From positions 60,001 to 92,000 of the forward strand of contig CBDCNV010000002.1 in NCBI GenBank assembly GCA_965219535.1: a stretch of DNA of 32,000 bases, read 5' to 3'. Shown piece by piece: positions 30,201 to 32,000 of the stretch. Position 1 is the first letter of the stretch; every line of letters starts with the position of its first letter. This DNA is from Opitutales bacterium (GTDB lineage: Bacteria > Verrucomicrobiota > Verrucomicrobiia > Opitutales > PNEW01). The notes below the pieces were generated by a model that did not search any database, was not told the origin of the DNA, and saw only the letters and a program-made list of their open reading frames with translations. The translations under genes were made by a program, and so were the position numbers.

Positions 30201-30889
30201 AACAGTTTGCGGTAGAAACGCTTGTTCAGTGTTTCGATATCGAGCACCCGCTCCCACTCCTCGTGCAGCTCATCGAAACTACGGACCCCCGACTCGCGCA
30301 TGCGGGAGAACGCGAGGTCGGAAAGAATCTCGATATGCGCCCGATGCGGCTCGGCCAAGCGGATATCCTTCACCAAAGTCACCCTGTCCAACACGTCACG
30401 GCTATCGTCGCGTGTGTGCACGCGCCGGTGTGTGGTGGCCAGTGTCAACGTCGAACCGTGACGGAACAGGAGAATAACCGGCATCGCGAAGAGGCGGTTC
30501 ACGGCACGAGTCGTCTCCGCCAAGTGCGTGCGCGAATAGGCATCCCGCGCCATGTCCACCGCAAGGAAGAGGAAGGACTCTATCCGGCCCTGGTCGAACC
30601 CATGAGTCTCGAACAGGTCGGACTGCCGGACGATCTCTCCGGCTGTGAACTGGAATACGATTTCGACGGCGGTCCATGATTCGAATAGCTTGCGCTGCTT
30701 TTTGGTCAGCTTGTTGCTGTGCGCGAAGCGCTCGAGGAATTCCTGGACGCTGCCGACCTCTGCAGTCCGCTGGCTGCTGTAACCGAGCTCGTCGAGCAAC
30801 GCCGTAGCCCCCACCCTCAATGGCGCATCGTCGGCGAGATTGCCCAGTGCTTCGAGTGTTCCACAGGCTACGACTAAGCCGTTAGTCAT
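27185..30889 (-). CDS. Large gamma-class N6-adenine DNA methyltransferase, Eco57I/PglX-like with a TaqI_C-like C-terminal specificity region, 1234 aa
   Basis: Motif X GSYYTPRPVVDYMV, motif I VLDPAVGSGAFPMGIL, motif IV DVVIGNPPYIQLQ. Downstream come ITSNSWLKAEYGKPLRQWF, GILTGYNDAFII and AWYELQD, as in PglX / type IIG / type IIL enzymes. I recognised no PD-(D/E)xK or HNH nuclease motif in the N-terminal 500 aa. Confidence 0.85.
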   Translation of the reverse strand: MTNGLVVACGTLEALGNLADDAPLRVGATALLDELGYSSQRTAEVGSVQEFLERFAHSNKLTKKQRKLFESWTAVEIVFQFTAGEIVRQSDLFETHGFDQGRIESFLFLAVDMARDAYSRTHLAETTRAVNRLFAMPVILLFRHGSTLTLATTHRRVHTRDDSRDVLDRVTLVKDIRLAEPHRAHIEILSDLAFSRMRESGVRSFDELHEEWERVLDIETLNKRFYRKLFAWFERAVAECRFPDDGAGEEGTERHVIRLITRLLFIWFMKEKGLVPDTLFDEEFSRATLKRHTSNRTDYYRAVLQNLFFATLNTEIDKRGFSNQTSSSHRDFTKYRYHDLLTDPDAFARNLEKVPFVNGGLFDCLDDFTVADGGLVDAFTEDLIKDEELCVPARLLLDQEGLFTLFRHFKFTVEESTPLDREVALDPELLGRVFENLLAAYNPETRATARNATGSYYTPRPVVDYMVGEALVDALAGNAQPTIRGDEFWRERLRYLLNWEDAKADAGDFFEPEEKESLVGAIAGLRVLDPAVGSGAFPMGILQTLTLVLRRLDPDNALWEQIQKKRAKARAGATFDTHDQAARSEALREISDTFEKYRQSDFGRKLYLIQNAIYGVDIQPIACQIAKLRFFISLVIEQDPDLGAPNLGIKPLPNLETRLVAADSLLSFKAETGDLLHHNAVASKQREVAAVRDRYFLADSRPKKLECMQAEKRLRDELQDILETERRIWVTVQDRDIESMAARFPNADTRETFRAKELGKLALRQREYDETLAAARLIAEWDPYDQNAHAGWFDPEYMFDVSAGFDVVIGNPPYIQLQKDGGRARKKYQNAGYETFASTGDIYQLFYERGCGLLKPRAGVLAYITSNSWLKAEYGKPLRQWFAERHMPLQLIEMGKNVFENAIVDTAVLIVRNGTGHPVTCPAVDVDQASENRFPPPKGDWGTLQPEGDRPWMALSSVERSVMEKMETVGTPLREWDISIYRGILTGYNDAFIIDTAVRDRLIAEDPSSEEILKPILRGRDIARYRANWADLWLISTFPSLGLDIDAYPAIKRHLLSFGKGRLSQEGRQLPGGGRSRKKTSNAWYELQDTCSYHGTFASEKVIWIELVDRGRFAYDESGMFIEATTFMITGERMNYLCAFLNSRLAHWYILKTAPTSGMGVPRWKKVYVESIPVAILRPSAADTLCRLVDEARSVTSSDEKQLAQIEKRINEVIYETYGISAEEVEVIELATNH
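27607..29299. repeat. Right arm of the perfect 1693-bp inverted repeat (inside the intact methyltransferase gene)
   Basis: As for the left arm. It corresponds to codons 531-1094 of CDS 27185..30889. Confidence 0.95.
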
Positions 30890-32000
30890 TGCGTTTGCGT
30901 TCCAGGTTCCTCGTGATGACTAGCCATGTAATAAGGTCGAATTTGCCGAGCGGTTCTGGTTCCGGTAATTTCTCTGTGATTACGGCGCCGCGGTTGCGAC
31001 TGAGCCCGGTCAACTCCGCATCCCGGAAAGAACGGGCGATGCTGCGCAGTGCCGCAGCGAGCATGGCATCATGCTTCTCCATGCGTTGGCCCTGTTCGGT
31101 TTCCCGGTCGAAGGCGTCCTCCAGCGCGGTAATCGCTTCGGGACGGCCCGCCGCAAGCGCCCGGAACAGGGCAAGGCATTGTCGGGATTGCCGGAAGGTG
31201 TAGCGCACGGTGCCATCCTCGCGTACATAGACTAGGAAGTATGGCCAGAGGCGGTTCGGGGTGCGTGCGGCGGGGTCGCCGAAGCGTCTCAGGCAGAAAA
31301 TCGCACCGGGCCGCACCAGATCGGTCGCGCTGCCCTTGGTCTCCGGTTGGCCCTCATCCACAACGGCATGGATGCCCAACGGCGCAGTTTCCAGAGCTTC
31401 TCGATTCTGCTGGATATAGTGAAGCAGGTCGGCGACGAAATCATCGAGCGTAAGATCGTTTAAGCCAACGCCGTCATCGGTTTCCTCAATATCGAGAATC
31501 TCGTCGCGCATACGCGTCAACTGCCGGTCGCGGAAGGTAAGTTCCAACTGGACTGCCTCGGTGTGTTCGTCCTTGGTGCGGTCGTCGCGGTTGAGCGGGT
31601 CGTCGAGGCCGGTGGCAGCTGCATCGGCAAGCGCCATCCGCGCTTCGACGCGATTCTTCAGATCCAGATAGCAGTCGAGGTTCTCAGTCGGCCAGAAATT
31701 GGTCATGGCGACCTGTCGATTGCGGCTGCCAAGTCGGTCGATCCGGCCGAAACGTTGCATAAGCCGAACCGGATTCCAATGGATGTCATAGTTCACGACG
31801 AGGTCGCAGTCCTGAAGGTTCTGTCCCTCTGACAGGCAGTCGGTCGCGATCACGATGTCGATTTCACAGTCTTGACTGCCGGCCTGTTGCGCCCTAGGGG
31901 CAAACCGCTCCAGAATGTCGATAAACCGGGATGTTCCCGTGGTGCTCCGGTTGCCGTCCCCGCCGGTCACCAGCGCAATGTGAACGCCGAGCTCGTTGCG
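30882..32000 (-). CDS. SNF2/SF2-type helicase, C-terminal part only (5' end outside the window)
   Basis: Helicase motifs V-VI: ATDCLSEGQNLQDCDLVVNYDIHWNPVRLMQRFGRIDRLGS. The frame stays open to position 32000 (..RNELGVHIALVTGGDG..). The stop TAA at 30884..30882 overlaps the methyltransferase ATG (ATGACTAA, an 8-nt overlap). Confidence 0.8.
   Translation of the reverse strand, partial: RNELGVHIALVTGGDGNRSTTGTSRFIDILERFAPRAQQAGSQDCEIDIVIATDCLSEGQNLQDCDLVVNYDIHWNPVRLMQRFGRIDRLGSRNRQVAMTNFWPTENLDCYLDLKNRVEARMALADAAATGLDDPLNRDDRTKDEHTEAVQLELTFRDRQLTRMRDEILDIEETDDGVGLNDLTLDDFVADLLHYIQQNREALETAPLGIHAVVDEGQPETKGSATDLVRPGAIFCLRRFGDPAARTPNRLWPYFLVYVREDGTVRYTFRQSRQCLALFRALAAGRPEAITALEDAFDRETEQGQRMEKHDAMLAAALRSIARSFRDAELTGLSRNRGAVITEKLPEPEPLGKFDLITWLVITRNLERKRND

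Noticed and set aside
29666-30679. 337-aa plus-strand ORF antisense to the methyltransferase N-terminal region
   Set aside because: It has no recognisable motif and is fully contained antisense in a GC-rich gene whose own frame carries clear methyltransferase motifs.

Overview
Mosaic accessory region in three parts. (1) Left edge: a cas3 gene on the reverse strand (1-2602). It is absent from the supplied ORF track because it has no stop codon inside the window; I found it by hand translation. (2) About 22 kb of IS debris (2763-25071). It holds at least ten copies or fragments of IS3-family elements from several lineages plus one IS110-family fragment, and every transposase gene is frameshifted or truncated. 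Among them are a few intact cargo genes: a DEDDh exonuclease (3747-4331), a Cys-cluster protein (6789-7562), a 763-aa orphan with a PD-(D/E)xK-like motif and an out-of-frame SEC-C zinc motif tail (10470-12838), a TonB-dependent receptor (17538-20117) and an APH/kinase-like phosphotransferase (23073-24134). Decayed island or plasmid backbone genes are also present: a tyrosine integrase pseudogene, a second integrase 3' fragment and a parA pseudogene. (3) Right 7 kb (25078-32000): a block that looks more GC-rich by eye. It encodes an SNF2-type helicase (partial, runs off the window) overlapping by 8 nt a 1234-aa gamma-class N6-adenine DNA methyltransferase of the Eco57I/PglX-like kind. The most interesting structure is here. 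A perfect 1693-bp inverted repeat (25078-26770 versus 27607-29299) duplicates the central and C-proximal part of the methyltransferase gene. It flanks an 836-bp centre carrying two convergent, homologous but strongly diverged C-terminal modules. Recombination between the arms would swap the C-terminal (TaqI_C-like specificity) module of the full-length enzyme, so this is a candidate specificity or phase-variation switch. No recombinase gene lies between or beside the cassettes. All functional calls rest on motifs read by eye; no database search was possible.
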